A DNA stretch of 63,080 nt, filler included, from Reclinomonas americana ATCC 50394 (Eukaryota): NCBI GenBank assembly GCA_048213135.1. It is 24 parts of 24 records of this genome, joined end to end, with 100 filler letters (N's around TTAATTAATTAA, not from the genome) between each part and the next. Parts side by side here need not be neighbours in the genome. Positions count along the whole stretch, not along the records: positions 58,003 to 60,457 come from AFZH01023335.1; positions 60,558 to 61,574 come from AFZH01023336.1; positions 61,675 to 63,080 come from AFZH01023339.1; 21 more parts are not named here. One strand, written 5' to 3'. Under the pieces are notes generated by a model. The model saw only the letters and a program-made list of their open reading frames with translations, had not been told where the DNA came from and ran no database searches. The position numbers and the translations under genes were made by a program. How positions within the stretch are numbered: position 1 is the stretch's first letter; each line of letters starts with the position of its first letter. Positions 60,442 through 63,080 of this stretch are shown piece after piece.

Positions 60442-60682
60442 ACGTTCCGGCCGAAAANNNNNNNNNNNNNNNNNNNNNNNNNNNNNNNNNNNNNNNNNNN
60501 NTTAATTAATTAANNNNNNNNNNNNNNNNNNNNNNNNNNNNNNNNNNNNNNNNNNNNCCGATCTGCTATCGCTCCTGCAATTTTTCCATCTGTTCAGGTA
60601 TCTATGTGGGGATTAGCCATTCCTCACGAACAAGCAGCGGCCGCCTCGGAGCACCGGGAGACGGCCCTTTCGGGAGGAACGC

Positions 60683-61261
60683 ATGGAGATCATCAAGCCC
60701 GCATTCCATCACGTCACCTTCAAGACGAGCCGGCTCGCCGAGATGGTGGCGTGGTACGGCATGGTCGTCGGCGCCCGTCCGACCTTCCAGGACGCCAACA
60801 ATGCCTGGACGACCAATGACGAGGCCAATCATCGCGTCGCCTTCCTGTCGGCGCCCGGGCTCGGCGACGATCCCGACAAGCGCAGCCATAACGGCATCCA
60901 CCACAGCGCCTTCGAGTATGAGAGCTTCGCCGACCTGATGTCGTCCTATGCCCGGCTGCGCGACGAGGGCATCCGGCCTGCCTTCAGCCTCGACCACGGC
61001 ATGACGATCTCGATCTACTACAAGGATCCCGAGGGCAATTTCGTCGAGCTGCAATGCGACACCTACGGCGACTGGCGGCAGTCGAGCGAATGGATGCGCT
61101 CCTCGCCGGATTTCGCCGAAAACCCGATCGGCACCTTCTTCGATCCGGAGCGGGTCCATCAGGACCACAAGGCCGGCAAGAGCTTCGACGCGCTCCATGT
61201 CGCGATGCGTCGGGGCGACTATCAGCCGGCCGAGACGCCCGATCTCGGGCTGCCGGTGTGA
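60683..61261 (+). CDS. VOC (glyoxalase/extradiol dioxygenase-like) family protein
   Basis: FHHVTF, HHSAFEY and DHGMTISIYYKDPEGNFVELQ; GGAGG RBS. Confidence 0.88.
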   Translation: MEIIKPAFHHVTFKTSRLAEMVAWYGMVVGARPTFQDANNAWTTNDEANHRVAFLSAPGLGDDPDKRSHNGIHHSAFEYESFADLMSSYARLRDEGIRPAFSLDHGMTISIYYKDPEGNFVELQCDTYGDWRQSSEWMRSSPDFAENPIGTFFDPERVHQDHKAGKSFDALHVAMRRGDYQPAETPDLGLPV

Positions 61262-61574
61262 GCGGCGCCGTGCTCGCTCTCCAGGACCAGCTCGCGATCG
61301 AGCAGCTGATCCAGCGTCACGCCTGGCTGATCGACCATGGCGAGGCGGACAAGGTCGGCGAGCTCTTCGCCGGGGAGGCGGCACTTTACGGAGTCGGCCC
61401 CGACAAGATCGGCCGCGCGGCCATCGCCGAATGGGGCCGCCAGCGCGCGGCGATGAGCGAGCGCCGCTCGCGCCATGTCCAGAGCAACATCCTGATCGAG
61501 CCCGTCGCTCCGGATGCAGCGCGCGGCTGGGTCGTGCTGACGCTCTACCGCCATGACGGGCCGGGCGAAGGCTC
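61258..61574 (+). CDS. SnoaL-like / NTF2-fold protein, 3' partial
   Basis: DQLAIEQLI..AWLID..LFA..GRAAI..SRHVQSN; GTGA overlap with the VOC gene. Confidence 0.8.
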
Positions 61575-61674
61575 NNNNNNNNNNNNNNNNNNNNNNNNNN
61601 NNNNNNNNNNNNNNNNNNTTAATTAATTAANNNNNNNNNNNNNNNNNNNNNNNNNNNNNNNNNNNNNNNNNNNN

Positions 61675-62210
61675 AGAGGGAGAAGGAGATGCAAAAGGGA
61701 GATGGAGAGGGAGATGAAGAAGGAAATGGAGAGGGGGATGAAGAAGGAGATGTAGAAGGAAAGGAGGGCATATTGGAGAGAAAGAGAGAGGAGGGAAGGC
61801 AGAGAGAGGACGGAAGTCGAAGAGGGCACGGGGAATGAGGGAATGAGAGACTGAGGCAATGAGGGAATGCGGGAGATAGAGAGGGAAGAAAGCGGAGAGA
61901 TGACGGAAGGTGGAAGAGGGAAATAGAAGAAGAGGGGATGAAAAGAAGACGGAGAGCGAGAAGGAGAAAGGAGAAGAGGAAATGAGGTGAAGAGGGAAGA
62001 GGGAACGAAAAGAAGGAAAGCAACAAGGAGAGAGGAGAAAGAGAGAGAGAGGAAGGAAGAGGAAGAGGGAATGAAATGAAGATGCAGAGCGAGAAGGAGA
62101 AGGGAGAAGAGGAAATGAGGAGCAGAGAGAAGAGGGAACGAAAAGAGTGAGAGCAAGAAGGAGAGAGGAGAAAGAGAGAGAGACGAGGGAAGAGGAAGAG
62201 GGAAGACGCA
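61675..62210. repeat. Purine-rich low-complexity tract (probably intronic or low-quality sequence)
   Basis: Almost exclusively A/G; similar tracts at 43300-43800. Confidence 0.85.
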
Positions 62211-62334
62211 TTAGCAGCGGGGATGACACAAGTGCATGTGTGCGTGTGTGTGAGAGCGAGAGGGCGAGTGAGAGAGGGAATGCGATATAGACAGCGAGAG
62301 GGAGCGAGGGGAGCAGCGAGAGATGTATTCTGGT

Positions 62335-62825
62335 GTACCTGTTCGAATGTCGCCGTTGGCCAGCCACTCCCACTGTCACATGGTGTGAGGGTGATTGAGA
62401 ACAGAAAGGAAGCAGGAGCAACGCACCTCCGTGCCAAGTTCACGCATGCGCTCTTCGGCGGCCTCTCGAGTCTGCACCTGGAACTGCGGAGCGGATGAGT
62501 GAAACGACGGCTATATCACAGGTGTGCCACGCACTGTCGACTTCCACGAGCGACCGATGGCCGAGGTGGGGTCGTCTTCCTCGGGCATAATGCGCACGTA
62601 GCGCACTCCCTGCAGGAGCTTGGCGAGGAAGTCGGAGTGTTTGCGTTCGATGTATTTGACGACCTGGGGATGGATGGGGTGGGTTGATGGGAGGGGTGGG
62701 GAAGGGGTGGGATGTGGGTTGTACCTCGTTGGAGTCGAGGAGGGGGGTTTCGCCGCCTTCGGTGGGGGGTTGCTCGCAGAAGAAGAGGAGGTAGGAGGGG
62801 GGTTGGGGGACTTGGGCCATCCTGG
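62335..62825 (-). CDS. TauD/TfdA (clavaminate synthase-like) dioxygenase, multi-exon fragment
   Basis: MAQVPQPPSYLLFFCEQPPTEGGETPLLDS, then GVRYVRIMPEEDDPTSAIGRSWKST in the next exon. Confidence 0.8.
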
Positions 62826-62916
62826 GATAAAGGAGAAGGGGGGAGAAGAAGAGGGAGAGAAATGTGAGTAAAGAAGGAAGGATGGCTGTGTGCCAAGAGA
62901 AGAAGGATGATTTGGT

Positions 62917-62967
<51 letters not shown>

Positions 62968-63080
62968 GAACAGTAGTATATACTAGTTGGTCGGACGTAG
63001 GAAGGAAGGAAAGGTAAAGGTAAAGGTAAGGGTAAAGGTTAGGGTTAAGGAACGGGTAGTACGAAGTGGTAGTCGGTACC

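Noticed and set aside
63011..63050. Telomere-like (T)TAGGG/TAAAGG variants near the window end
   Set aside because: Only one exact TTAGGG in a short degenerate tract within low-complexity contig-end sequence.

Overview
This window is not one locus. It is 24 short contigs joined by an artificial 100-nt linker (44 N + TTAATTAATTAA + 44 N), and it mixes two sources. The first is an intron-rich unicellular eukaryote (1-15967, 30250-56497, 61675-63080). It encodes fragments of a large SPRY/EF-hand protein, a SNF2 ATPase, a VPS13B-like protein, two near-identical RBR E3 ligase copies, repeat-rich surface proteins, a nucleotide-sugar transporter, a mitochondrial carrier, three PLAC8 paralogues and a TauD-like dioxygenase. 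The second is a GC-rich, alphaproteobacterium-like bacterium (16068-30149, 56598-61574) with accessory genes, sbcB, a serine hydrolase, an ABC substrate-binding protein, paaG/paaI, a VOC protein and an NTF2-like protein. The stand-out is a visibly lower-GC, translationally coupled four-gene operon at 20216-24656 (- strand): an N6-adenine DNA methyltransferase, a 2-TM protein with a putative PLD-like fold, a beta-RFAP-synthase-like GHMP enzyme, and a HAM1/ITPase-nucleotide kinase-winged-helix fusion. It is a candidate nucleotide-based defence or DNA-modification system that I do not recognise as described. A divergent proteasome-beta-like gene lies next to it, and a conserved repeated intergenic element lies nearby. 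All calls come from motif reading by eye. No searches were run, and eukaryotic gene boundaries are approximate.
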